Source of the DNA: an uncultured Spirochaetales bacterium
Lineage (GTDB): Bacteria; Spirochaetota; Spirochaetia; ARS1246
Direction: 5' to 3'
NCBI GenBank assembly: GCA_964536145.1
Contig: CAZHXC010000003.1
Location: 1 to 25,827 of the forward strand
Length of the DNA stretch: 25,827 bases
Below are positions 17,197 through 25,575 of this stretch, piece by piece. The notes below the pieces were generated by a model, which was not told where the DNA came from, did not search any database, and was given only the letters and a program-made list of their open reading frames with translations. A program made the position numbers and the translations under genes. Numbering within the stretch: position 1 is the stretch's first letter; each line of letters starts with the position of its first letter.

Positions 17197-17877
17197 CTAG
17201 TCGAGATTCAAGTAGATTATACGGTCTTGAGCCAGGTTTGTCCAACTGCTCGAAGCGTAATCATCCACGAGCCGGTTGTAGAAATCAAGCGCGGCTTCAC
17301 GAGTGCCGTGGGTTTCGTGTAGCCGGCCAAGGGAAAAGAGCACGCGGGCTATTTCGGGAGAAGACTCACCGTAGTCTTCGATAACATCTTCGTACAGGCC
17401 AATCGCGTCATCGTAGTTTCCCGCCTCCTCCATGGCTACGGCGGCGTTGATTGCGCTCACTGGACCGAGATAATTGTCTTGAGTTTTTTCAGCAACACTC
17501 AAGAACGAATCAGCCGCAGGCTCCCACTCGCCTGAATGAAAATAGTACGAACCGAGAATGAAAAGGGCGCGATGGCCGGCGTACATTCGCGGATAATCGT
17601 CTATGATTCGTTCCAGGTCTGAAACAAGCTCCTCCCCCAAAGCGGCGGCGCGCTCTTCGTCTTCTTCCTGCCGCCATTCGTCAAACTTTTCAGAGGCAGC
17701 TTCAACAAGCACCGCCGAACTCTCTGCTCGTCGTGATCTCACCTCGCTTACTATTACCCAGGTGACGACGAGAATAACAAGAACGCTTAAGGATGCTATG
17801 AGTACGTACCGCGACTTGTGAATAGCCGCGGACAGCTTTTGAGTAAATTTCTCTTTTCCGGAAGTTTCTCGCTGCAT
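17197..17877 (-). CDS. Membrane-anchored TPR protein, YfgM-like architecture (226 aa)
   Basis: ATG at 17877 with SD GAGGT (the track start at 17979 lies inside the activator gene). Short cytoplasmic N-terminus, one TM (YVLIASLSVLVILVVTWVIV), then TPR-like helices (ALFILGSYYF, AAVAMEEAG, VLFSLGRLHE, YNRLVDDYASSSW). Confidence 0.8.
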   Translation of the reverse strand: MQRETSGKEKFTQKLSAAIHKSRYVLIASLSVLVILVVTWVIVSEVRSRRAESSAVLVEAASEKFDEWRQEEDEERAAALGEELVSDLERIIDDYPRMYAGHRALFILGSYYFHSGEWEPAADSFLSVAEKTQDNYLGPVSAINAAVAMEEAGNYDDAIGLYEDVIEDYGESSPEIARVLFSLGRLHETHGTREAALDFYNRLVDDYASSSWTNLAQDRIIYLNLD

Positions 17878-17888
17878 CTTGATGTACC

Positions 17889-19400
17889 TCAATCTCTGTT
17901 GATTTTTAGCTCTTTTACCAAGCGTGAAAGATAGGTTCGCTGTATTCCCAACACCTTTGCGGTACGGGTCTGGCTCCAACCGTTCATTTCAAGGGATTCC
18001 TGAATGTAGTGACGCTTGAACAGGTTTATCGCGTCCTTCAGCTTTTTGCCGGTGAACGATCCGTTATTCGTGGAAGCGGCCGAGCTCAGTATAAGGTCCT
18101 TCGGCTCGATATAATCGTCACTGCAGATAACCACCGCCCGTTCCACCACATTTTCAAGCTCCCGTACGTTTCCCGGCCACGAATATGACAATAATGCGTC
18201 GATTGCTGCAGAGGTGAAACCTCGTATCTGCTTCTTTGTTTCACGATTCAGGCGTTTGAGAAAAAAATCGATCAATTCAGGAATGTCTTCCTTTCTTTCC
18301 CGCAATGGCGGCACGTAGATTGGGAGCACGTTGAGGCGATAGTACAGATCCTGCCTGAACCGTCCCTCGGCAAGCTCTTTTTCTATATCTTTGTTTGTAG
18401 CGGCGATAATACGAACATCTACCTTAATAGGCTCACTGGCGCCAACCTTTTCAAACGTCTTTTCCTGAAGCACCCGTAACAACTTGGCCTGCAGGTTGAG
18501 GGGAACATCTCCAATTTCATCAAGAAAAATCGTTCCCCCGTCAGCCAGTTCGAAACGGCCTCTCCTGTCGGAGGATGCATCGGTAAATGCGCCTTTCACG
18601 TGACCAAAGAGTTCGCTTTCGAGCAGGTGCTCCGGCAAGGCCGCGCAGTTGACCCGTACGAAAGGCCTGTCCGGCCTGGAGCTGTTCAGGTGTATCTGCT
18701 CGGCAAAGAGCTCTTTCCCTACTCCGCTTTCTCCGAGAATAAGGACCGATGAGTTCGTATCCGCCACCCTCTTGGCAATGGCCAGTTTCTCCTGGATTTT
18801 TTTGCTCGATCCGATAAATGTGTGGAACCCTTTCTCGTATTGAATCTGATCCTGGAGAACATAGACTTCGTTCTGCACCTGCTGATATGAGTGCGCGTTC
18901 TGCACCGCCAGCGCGGCCTGGGTAGCAAAAACCTCGAGCCACTGCAGATCGTCCTGGTTAAACGGTTTCTTGTCTACCTTGTTGACTATTTCGAGCACAC
19001 CGACGCATCGGTCTTTAACCCGCATAGGTACGGCAAGGATGGAATCTGTGGGAAAGCCGATTTGCTTGCTGATATCGGAATAAAACCTTTCATCGTTTGT
19101 CACGTCGTTCACAATGAGTGAGGTATTCCGTTCCGCCACCCATCCTGCGATGCCTTCACCCATATTCAGCGAGAAACGTTTGACGTCAGCCCCCTTTGAA
19201 CCAAGGGCAATTTCAAAGTAGAGCTTATTATTCTCCGGATTCACCAGAAGAAGCGAAGATGCCTCCCCATTAGTCAGCTTTGTAGCCGACTCGAGTATCC
19301 TTGTCAGGAGCGTCTTCACATCGGTGTAATTGGTGTTTATGAGCGTGTTTATCTCGATCAGAGTCTCAAGTCTACTCGCATCGATGGGTGAGGAAAACAT
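17889..19400 (-). CDS. Sigma54-dependent enhancer-binding protein, GAF-AAA+-Fis HTH
   Basis: N-terminal GAF ([32 protein letters not shown]...GVLEIVNK) with no receiver domain. Walker [24 protein letters not shown] (GAFTGA variant, 18576-18593), Walker [29 protein letters not shown], and C-terminal HTH ([12 protein letters not shown]). Confidence 0.94.
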   Translation of the reverse strand: MFSSPIDASRLETLIEINTLINTNYTDVKTLLTRILESATKLTNGEASSLLLVNPENNKLYFEIALGSKGADVKRFSLNMGEGIAGWVAERNTSLIVNDVTNDERFYSDISKQIGFPTDSILAVPMRVKDRCVGVLEIVNKVDKKPFNQDDLQWLEVFATQAALAVQNAHSYQQVQNEVYVLQDQIQYEKGFHTFIGSSKKIQEKLAIAKRVADTNSSVLILGESGVGKELFAEQIHLNSSRPDRPFVRVNCAALPEHLLESELFGHVKGAFTDASSDRRGRFELADGGTIFLDEIGDVPLNLQAKLLRVLQEKTFEKVGASEPIKVDVRIIAATNKDIEKELAEGRFRQDLYYRLNVLPIYVPPLRERKEDIPELIDFFLKRLNRETKKQIRGFTSAAIDALLSYSWPGNVRELENVVERAVVICSDDYIEPKDLILSSAASTNNGSFTGKKLKDAINLFKRHYIQESLEMNGWSQTRTAKVLGIQRTYLSRLVKELKINRD

Positions 19401-19403
19401 ACT

Positions 19404-21125
19404 CTACGATTCAAAGGAATCGCTACCCTTATCTTTCAACATATCACCTAAGGTAACGGTACCCTCCTCAGAATCATCGTGGATGTACTGGGACATTTCG
19501 GCTCTCTGTTGATTACGGATATACTCCCGTATGGAAAGGGACAAGCGCTGCTTTGAAGGACTTACATCCAATACGAGCGCCTTTATCTCGTCTCCCTCGT
19601 TGTATTTCTTGAGAACAGCATCTTCGTCTTCTTCAGATCCCGGCTCGGCAATATGCGCCTTGCCCACCAGTCCCTCTATATCGCCTTCGACACGCACGAA
19701 AATGCCAAAGTCGGTAATGCTGGTGACCACGCCTTCGATAACCGATCCTTTCGGGTAGCTGTTTGCCAGGGATTTCCACGGATCATCGGACAACTGCTTC
19801 ATTCCGAGTCGAATACGCCGGTTCTCCTTATCGATCTCTATGACAACAACTTCAACCTCGTCGCCTTCGTTCAACAGCGATGAAGGGTTTCGAATCCGTT
19901 TTGTCCATGACATGTCTTCCACATGGAGAAAACCGTCGATACCTTCCTCCAGTTCAATAAAAGCACCCGAGTTTGTAAGTTTTTTTACCTTTCGTTTCAG
20001 ATGCTTTCCTACCGGATAGTGGACATCAATCGTATCCCAGGGGTTCGGAAGTACCTGTTTCAGGCCCAGGGAGATCCGCTCCTGCTCAAGATCGTAACCG
20101 AGTATCTTTGTCTCCACCTCGTCACCCGGGCTCAATATCTCCTTGGGGTGTTTTATCCGTTTGACCCAGGAAAGCTCGGAGATATGGGCAAGCCCCTCGA
20201 TCCCCTCCTCTAACTCGATAAACGCGCCAAAGTCGGTCAGCTTTGTAACCTTGCCCTGCACGACATCATCGACATCGTACTTATCTTCAAAAGTAGTCCA
20301 CGGATTTGGAGTGAAGTGCTTGAGTGAGAGGTTTATCTTCTGCTCGTCGTAGTCGAGGCGAATGACCTTGAGTTTTATCTCTTCACCTTTCACCACGTAA
20401 TCTTTTGGTCTGGTAACGTGACCCCAGCTCATGTCATTGATATGCAAGAGGCCGTCAAAGCCACCCAGGTCTATAAAAGCCCCAAAAGAGGTGAAGCTCT
20501 TTACAACGCCGGTCACGTCGTCACCAATCTGAACGGTGTCAAAGAACTCCTGCCGTCTCATTGCCGTCTCTTTCTCGAGCCAGGCGCGGCGGGAAAGAAC
20601 GATTTTGATCTTATTGTCACTGTAGAGCCTGTCGATAATAAAGTTCGCCTTTTTTCCGACATACTCCTCAGGATCGTTTACACGATACACGTCGGTTTTT
20701 GAAAGCGGGCAGAATCCTGTCACATCGTACCCGAGATCTACCTCAAAACCGCCCTTGATGCTCTTTGAGAACGTACCTTCAACCGGCTGCTGTTCGTTGA
20801 AAGCGTCACGCAGGTTTTTCCAGAAAACCTTTACGTCAGCCTTTCGCTTAGATACGACAACCTGGCCGCCTCTACCCTCTTTTGTAACAAGGACAACAGG
20901 CACTTTATCCCCGACTGCAGGAAGCTCTGAAAACTCTTCGATAGGAATCTTCCCTTCCGACTTGTATCCAACATCTATGAATACGTTTTCGTCGCCGATC
21001 TGAATAACGCTTCCCTCGACGAGCTGTCCCTCTTCCAAATGATCTAAACTTTTTAGGTACTCTTCTTGGAGAACAGACTGATCAAAGCCCTCCCCTACGT
21101 TCTCCTCTCTTGCCACCATAGCCAA
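19404..21125 (-). CDS. rpsA: 30S ribosomal protein S1 (six S1 domains)
   Basis: Repeated S1 motifs (FGAFIDLG.FDGLLHI, FGAFIELEEGIEGLAHISE, GAFIELEEGIDGFLHV, FGIFVRVEGDIEGLV) and the terminal TLGDML. Start is TTG 21125 (SD GGGAG, 6-nt spacer) or ATG 21119. Confidence 0.98.
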   Translation of the reverse strand: MAMVAREENVGEGFDQSVLQEEYLKSLDHLEEGQLVEGSVIQIGDENVFIDVGYKSEGKIPIEEFSELPAVGDKVPVVLVTKEGRGGQVVVSKRKADVKVFWKNLRDAFNEQQPVEGTFSKSIKGGFEVDLGYDVTGFCPLSKTDVYRVNDPEEYVGKKANFIIDRLYSDNKIKIVLSRRAWLEKETAMRRQEFFDTVQIGDDVTGVVKSFTSFGAFIDLGGFDGLLHINDMSWGHVTRPKDYVVKGEEIKLKVIRLDYDEQKINLSLKHFTPNPWTTFEDKYDVDDVVQGKVTKLTDFGAFIELEEGIEGLAHISELSWVKRIKHPKEILSPGDEVETKILGYDLEQERISLGLKQVLPNPWDTIDVHYPVGKHLKRKVKKLTNSGAFIELEEGIDGFLHVEDMSWTKRIRNPSSLLNEGDEVEVVVIEIDKENRRIRLGMKQLSDDPWKSLANSYPKGSVIEGVVTSITDFGIFVRVEGDIEGLVGKAHIAEPGSEEDEDAVLKKYNEGDEIKALVLDVSPSKQRLSLSIREYIRNQQRAEMSQYIHDDSEEGTVTLGDMLKDKGSDSFES

Positions 21126-21139
21126 TATGAACTCCCGGA

Positions 21140-21784
21140 TTAGATTGATCCTCTTTCATTGAAAAACCGTTCTACTTTCTCACAAACTCCCTCTATGGTC
21201 AAGTACGATGTATCCAAATAATACGCGTCGTCGGCAACCTTGAGGCTTCCTTCTTCTTTATTTTTGTCGATAGTATCCCGCATTTGTATATTTTTTTCCA
21301 ACTCTTCGATTGAATTCTCGCTGATTCCCTGGTTGAATCTCCTTTCCGCCCGGACCCTCGGTGATGCGTCGAGATACACTTTGTAATCCGCATCCGGATA
21401 CACCACCGTGCCGATATCTCTTCCTTCGATAACTGCGTCGATATCGGCGGTAAGCGACCGAATCAAGCGGTTGACGATGTGACGCACCTCGATATTCGCA
21501 GAATGCTGCGCGACAAACTCATCTACACTATCACTGTGGAGGCGATCCTGGATATCCTCCCCTTCGAGGTGTATTCGCCCGTCTTCGAGGGAGAGTGAAA
21601 GATGCCTTGCGGTTTCAATCACCGCCGCATTGTCTGCCGGATCCTTGTTCTGAGTGAGATGCGCGAAGGTAATGGCACGGTAGAAGTACCCTGAATTGAT
21701 ATAGATGCATCCTTTTTTTTGAGCGATTCTTTCTGCAACGGTGCTCTTTCCGACTCCTGCAGGACCGTCTATCGCAATTATCAT
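21140..21784 (-). CDS. cmk: Cytidylate kinase
   Basis: IAIDGPAGVGKST, YINSGYFYRA, EGRDIGTVVYPDA, YLDASPRVRAERR, RDTID, LDTS. Confidence 0.96.
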   Translation of the reverse strand: MIIAIDGPAGVGKSTVAERIAQKKGCIYINSGYFYRAITFAHLTQNKDPADNAAVIETARHLSLSLEDGRIHLEGEDIQDRLHSDSVDEFVAQHSANIEVRHIVNRLIRSLTADIDAVIEGRDIGTVVYPDADYKVYLDASPRVRAERRFNQGISENSIEELEKNIQMRDTIDKNKEEGSLKVADDAYYLDTSYLTIEGVCEKVERFFNERGSI

Positions 21785-22512
21785 GTTCCCTTCCTGTCCT
21801 GTTCAAACAGCCGGCTAATCTCAGATTTGCTCAAGGGTCTATGCTCCCCGGCCTTTAAGGTGCCGATGTGAACAGCGCCGATACGGGTTCTGTGTATTCT
21901 TAGTACCTCGTGACCGGCAGACTCGAATAGTCTGCGAATTTCTCTGTTTTTGCCCTCTATGAGTACGATTCGTGTCGTTCTGTCGCCGACCTTATCGTAC
22001 CGTACGATGGTGTAACGCACTCCGTCGATAGATACTCCGTTCTTGAAACTGTCGAGAGTATTTTTGGAAGGACTTTCGCCGGTCTCTACGAGATACTCCT
22101 TCTCTATCTGCGAAGAGGGATGCGATACAATCCTTGCAAACTCTCCGTCATTCGTAAAAAGCAGCAACCCGGAGGTATTAAAATCAAGACGGCCGATGTT
22201 GTAGATCCGTTCGCTGTAAGCGTCCGAAAGAAGTTCGAGTACGGTGGGTCTGCCTTCGGGATCAGAGGACGTGCAGATATATCCTCGTGGTTTATGAAGG
22301 GCTATGTACAGCTTCTTCTTCTCAGGAGTGACTATACGTCCACCATATTCCACAACATCGCTTTCGGTCACCTTTGTGCCAAGAATGCGGACGGTATTAC
22401 CGTTGACCTTCACATCTCCGCGGAGTATGAGCTCTTCCGCCTTACGTCTTGATGCAATGCCGCATGCCGCGAGGTAACGTTGAAGCCTTACAGGTATTTC
22501 CGGATCACTCAA
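21781..22512 (-). CDS. rluB: rRNA pseudouridine synthase, RluB/RsuA family (S4 domain)
   Basis: RLQRYLAACGIASRRKAEELI..G.V.VNG, LHKPRGY, GRLDFNTSGLLLFTNDG (catalytic Asp), HPS..IEKEY, EGKNREIRR. The likely start is TTG 22512 after SD GAGGAG. The exact RsuA-family paralog is inferred from the scpAB-cmk context. Confidence 0.85.
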   Translation of the reverse strand: MSDPEIPVRLQRYLAACGIASRRKAEELILRGDVKVNGNTVRILGTKVTESDVVEYGGRIVTPEKKKLYIALHKPRGYICTSSDPEGRPTVLELLSDAYSERIYNIGRLDFNTSGLLLFTNDGEFARIVSHPSSQIEKEYLVETGESPSKNTLDSFKNGVSIDGVRYTIVRYDKVGDRTTRIVLIEGKNREIRRLFESAGHEVLRIHRTRIGAVHIGTLKAGEHRPLSKSEISRLFEQDRKGT

Positions 22513-23041
22513 GAGAAAAGCGCTCCTCATCAAGCTCATCGAGACGGGGCAGATCGGCAATGCTCCCCAATCTGAAGGCTTTAAGAAAATCCTCAGTGGT
22601 GCCGTATTGCACAGGACGCCCGGGCGAGTCCTTCTTCCCTACGTGCTTGATAAGCTTCTTGGAAAGCAGGAGTCGAATCATACCGTCCGGGGAAACGCCA
22701 CGAATGCTCTCAATTTCCGCCTTGGTGACAGGCTGTGAATATGCGATTACCGATAATGTCTCAATCGCCGCTCTCGAAAGATTTACTTCGTTCTTTTTGC
22801 CGTACCTGGACTTGAGAGCCGACCACAAATCGGATCTTGGTGAAAGTATAAAGCCTCCCGCGTACTCTTCTACCATGAGACCGGAGTGGCGTGTCTCGTA
22901 GCCTTTCTGGAGCTCTGAGATCGCATGAAGCACCTCATCGGTGGAGAAACCGCTTATTCTCGCTATCCCGGCGGCGTCGATGGGATCGGATTCGAGAAAT
23001 AGAATAGCCTCTATGAGCGCCATCCCGTATTCAATATTCAA
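22505..23041 (-). CDS. scpB: SMC-ScpAB complex subunit ScpB
   Basis: IEAILF, LSRAAIETLSVIAYSQPVTKAEIESIRGV, GRPVQYGTTEDFL..F.L.SIADLP. The TTG start overlaps the scpA stop and has SD GAGGTG. Confidence 0.96.
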   Translation of the reverse strand: MNIEYGMALIEAILFLESDPIDAAGIARISGFSTDEVLHAISELQKGYETRHSGLMVEEYAGGFILSPRSDLWSALKSRYGKKNEVNLSRAAIETLSVIAYSQPVTKAEIESIRGVSPDGMIRLLLSKKLIKHVGKKDSPGRPVQYGTTEDFLKAFRLGSIADLPRLDELDEERFSLE

Positions 23042-23784
23042 TTTTTCACCTCTTCCGGCTCACGTGCGCGTATCCGGATATCGCCGAACATCTTGTTCTG
23101 GTAAATTGAGACAAGCCTGGTCTTTACGGCCTCCAATACCGCCAAAAAGGCACACACGAGATCCATCAAAGAGCTGCTTTTTGTGAGCAAATCAGTGAAT
23201 AAGAACTCAACCTTCCGGTCGAGGAATTCATGGATGAGCGTGAGCTTCTCATTAACCGTCACCTCCTCATAGAGATCGATGATCTGTTCTGATGAGAGAG
23301 AGGCCATGAGATTGGAAAACGTTTTAAGCAGGTCCCAGACTTCGAGCTGTTCCCACAGATCATCGTCGTCCGGAAAGGGGAGTACCCGTTGCTTTGTTTT
23401 GCGTTCCACAACCCATTCCGCTTCCTTTCCTTTGTCAACGATAAGAGCCGAGATTTTTTTGTATTTTTGATACTCGATAAGACTCTCAACAAGCTCCTGG
23501 CGTGGATCTTCCATCTCTTCACCAAAATCTACTTGTACCGGTAAGAGCATTTGAGATTTGATGTGCAGAAGCGTGGCCGCCATTGCGTAAAACTCCGTGG
23601 CGTTTTCCAGGTTGAGCTTTGTCGAGTACTCGAGGTACTGAAGGTACTGTTCGGTAATCTGAGCTATTGGAATATCGTAGATGTTCACCTCCGATTTACG
23701 GATGAGAAAGAGGAGAAGATCCAAGGGTCCTTCAAAATCGCCGATTTTGAAAGAACTGAAGGCCTGCGTGTTCTGATTATCCAT
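23038..23784 (-). CDS. scpA: Segregation and condensation protein ScpA (kleisin)
   Basis: FEGPLDLLLFLIRK..VNIYDIPIAQITEQYL, EFYAMAATLLHIKSQMLLP, DPRQELV..LIEYQKYK, FLAVLEAVK, Q..MFGDI. Confidence 0.96.
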   Translation of the reverse strand: MDNQNTQAFSSFKIGDFEGPLDLLLFLIRKSEVNIYDIPIAQITEQYLQYLEYSTKLNLENATEFYAMAATLLHIKSQMLLPVQVDFGEEMEDPRQELVESLIEYQKYKKISALIVDKGKEAEWVVERKTKQRVLPFPDDDDLWEQLEVWDLLKTFSNLMASLSSEQIIDLYEEVTVNEKLTLIHEFLDRKVEFLFTDLLTKSSSLMDLVCAFLAVLEAVKTRLVSIYQNKMFGDIRIRAREPEEVKN

Positions 23785-23796
23785 CGTTATGAGACG

Positions 23797-23825
23797 AATA
23801 TAGCGGCTAACCTGTGTAATGGTAA
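23797..23825 (-). promoter_or_regulatory. Possible internal promoter for scpA
   Basis: On the minus strand: TTACCA (23825-23820), 17 nt, TATATT (23802-23797), 12 nt before the scpA ATG, which has no SD. Confidence 0.35.
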
Positions 23826-24313
23826 ATACCTTCCCACCCCAGGCCGCGAGCTAAATCTGCGTATAATTCACCGGTTACCGGATCTCGTAGATCGGGAGCA
23901 AGTTCTACAAGGGGTATCAGTACAAAAGGTCTCTCTTTCATTCGAGGATGTGGGATAACGAGCTCATCAGCATGCACCACCCTCTTACCGAATAACAGGA
24001 TATCGATATCGATGGGCCGCGGACCCATGGGCCCCGATTTTTCACGATCTCGACCGGTCTCACGCTCCGTCTCCCGGATTAACTCGAGAAGTTTGTAAGG
24101 ACCCGCGGCAGCTCTGCGGCCGGTGGCATTCCCGCCAAACACACAGTTCAAGAACTTAGGTTGATCCTCACGATACATCGGAAGAGTTTCATAGAGACTC
24201 GACGTGACAAAATCTTCGAGTACCCGGGAAATTTTGCGTGCTGCGTATTCTATGTTCCCTTTTCTGTCGCCGAGGTTTGAGCCGACGCCAAGATATACGC
24301 GTTCTCCGGGCAC
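23807..24313 (-). CDS. folK: 2-amino-4-hydroxy-6-hydroxymethyldihydropteridine diphosphokinase (HPPK)
   Basis: YLGVGSNLGDR, SSLYETLP, FLNCV, GPRPIDIDILLF, L.IPHPRM.ERPFVLIPL.ELAP. Confidence 0.95.
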   Translation of the reverse strand: MPGERVYLGVGSNLGDRKGNIEYAARKISRVLEDFVTSSLYETLPMYREDQPKFLNCVFGGNATGRRAAAGPYKLLELIRETERETGRDREKSGPMGPRPIDIDILLFGKRVVHADELVIPHPRMKERPFVLIPLVELAPDLRDPVTGELYADLARGLGWEGIYHYTG

Positions 24314-24320
24314 GGTTCAG

Positions 24321-25457
24321 TTAGAGGAGCTCACCGGCGTTTGATTCAACCTCAGCTTTTCCGCCCTGGCCGGATTGGACCTGGTCCTCCGGCTGCGCGT
24401 CCGCCCGGGACTCGGTGCGCGACGGGAAAAGGATAGCACGGACTTCCTTTTCAATCTCTGCGGCAATATCCGGATTCGCGTTCAGAAACTCCTTTGCGTT
24501 ATCTCTTCCCTGGCCGATTCTCTCTTCTCCCCTGGAATACCAGCTGCCGCTTTTCTGAATGAGGTTGTTTTTGATTGCCGCGTCAAGAAGACTGCCGACG
24601 GCAGAAATCCCCTTGCCGAACTCAATTTCCATTTCGACTTTGCGATAGGGCGGCGCAACTTTATTCTTGAGTACCTTGACCCTGACGAGATTCCCGGTGG
24701 CATCATCGGTACCCTTTGCAATCGTTTCTATTTTCCTGACTTCCAGCCGCACCGATGAATAAAACTTGAGCGCATTACCACCGGTGGTGGTTTCAGGGTT
24801 TCCAAACATGATGCCGATTTTCATACGTATCTGATTGATAAAAATAAGGATCGCCTTCGATTTTGAGATAATACCGTTGAGCTTTCTCAACGCCTGGCTC
24901 ATCAGACGGGCCTGCAGGCCCATATGTGAATCTCCCATTTCTCCTTCGATTTCAGCGGCAGGGGTAAGCGCGGCCACCGAATCGATAACGATGACGTCGA
25001 CAGCACCCGACCTGATAAGCGATTCGGCAATTTCCAGCGCCTGTTCACCGTTGTCGGGCTGCGAAACCCAGAGCTCATCGATGTTTACACCCAGATTTTT
25101 CGCATAGATGGGATCAAGGGCGTGCTCGGCATCGATAAACGCGGCTATGCCGCCCTGTTTTTGCGCCTCGGCGATTGCATGTAGCGCGAGGGTGGTCTTA
25201 CCTGATGATTCAGGCCCGTAAATTTCCACTATCCGGCCCTTTGGATACCCACCTACGCCGAGGGCGGCGTCAAGCAGAATCGAGCCTGTCGGTATAGTCT
25301 CCATCTCCAAATTCTTCGGCTGGGAGCCAAGTTTCATCAATGAGCCCTTGCCGAACTGTTTTTCAATTTGGAGTTGAGCTGCTTCGATTGCTTTTACCTT
25401 TTCCTCGGGCATGGTTGCCCGTTCTACAGACGGTTTTTGATTTGATGCTTTAGCCAT
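24321..25457 (-). CDS. recA: Recombinase RecA
   Basis: [114 protein letters not shown] at 25457 follows SD GGGGGA (track start 25469). Confidence 0.99.
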   Translation of the reverse strand: MAKASNQKPSVERATMPEEKVKAIEAAQLQIEKQFGKGSLMKLGSQPKNLEMETIPTGSILLDAALGVGGYPKGRIVEIYGPESSGKTTLALHAIAEAQKQGGIAAFIDAEHALDPIYAKNLGVNIDELWVSQPDNGEQALEIAESLIRSGAVDVIVIDSVAALTPAAEIEGEMGDSHMGLQARLMSQALRKLNGIISKSKAILIFINQIRMKIGIMFGNPETTTGGNALKFYSSVRLEVRKIETIAKGTDDATGNLVRVKVLKNKVAPPYRKVEMEIEFGKGISAVGSLLDAAIKNNLIQKSGSWYSRGEERIGQGRDNAKEFLNANPDIAAEIEKEVRAILFPSRTESRADAQPEDQVQSGQGGKAEVESNAGELL

Positions 25458-25472
25458 GAATTCCCCCATGTA

Positions 25473-25488
25473 TAGGACCTGTGTCCTA
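25473..25488. promoter_or_regulatory. Perfect palindrome TAGGAC-N4-GTCCTA, candidate recA operator
   Basis: 6-4-6 inverted repeat between a minus-strand TATACT -10 (25498-25493) and the recA SD. Confidence 0.55.
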
Positions 25489-25492
25489 CCCC

Positions 25493-25553
25493 AGTATAAT
25501 GCGGCTTTCCGTAGCCTGCTTCAATATATGCATCTGAAAAGACCCGGCGTCAA
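25493..25553 (-). promoter_or_regulatory. Putative tandem sigma70 promoters of recA
   Basis: Distal: TTGACG (25553-25548) with CATATA at 17 nt or TATATT at 19 nt. Proximal: TATACT (25498-25493) with no well-spaced -35. Confidence 0.5.
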
Positions 25554-25557
25554 TAGA

Positions 25558-25571
25558 CGAGGCGCGCCTCG
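25558..25571. repeat. 14-bp perfect palindrome CGAGGCGCGCCTCG just after the dtd stop (hairpin; weak terminator or RNA-stability element)
   Basis: Self-complementary, with a 5-bp GC stem and CGCG loop if folded. It is followed on the minus strand by TCTATT rather than a U tract. Confidence 0.35.
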
Positions 25572-25575
25572 GGGT

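Noticed and set aside
18576-18593. GAFTDA instead of GAFTGA as a sign of a sigma54-independent activator
   Set aside because: GAFTDA is a common variant, and the critical F and T residues are intact.
22782-23784. scpAB without smc as a Wadjet/Mks-like system
   Set aside because: These are ordinary ScpA and ScpB in the common scpAB-rluB-cmk context, and smc is often encoded elsewhere.
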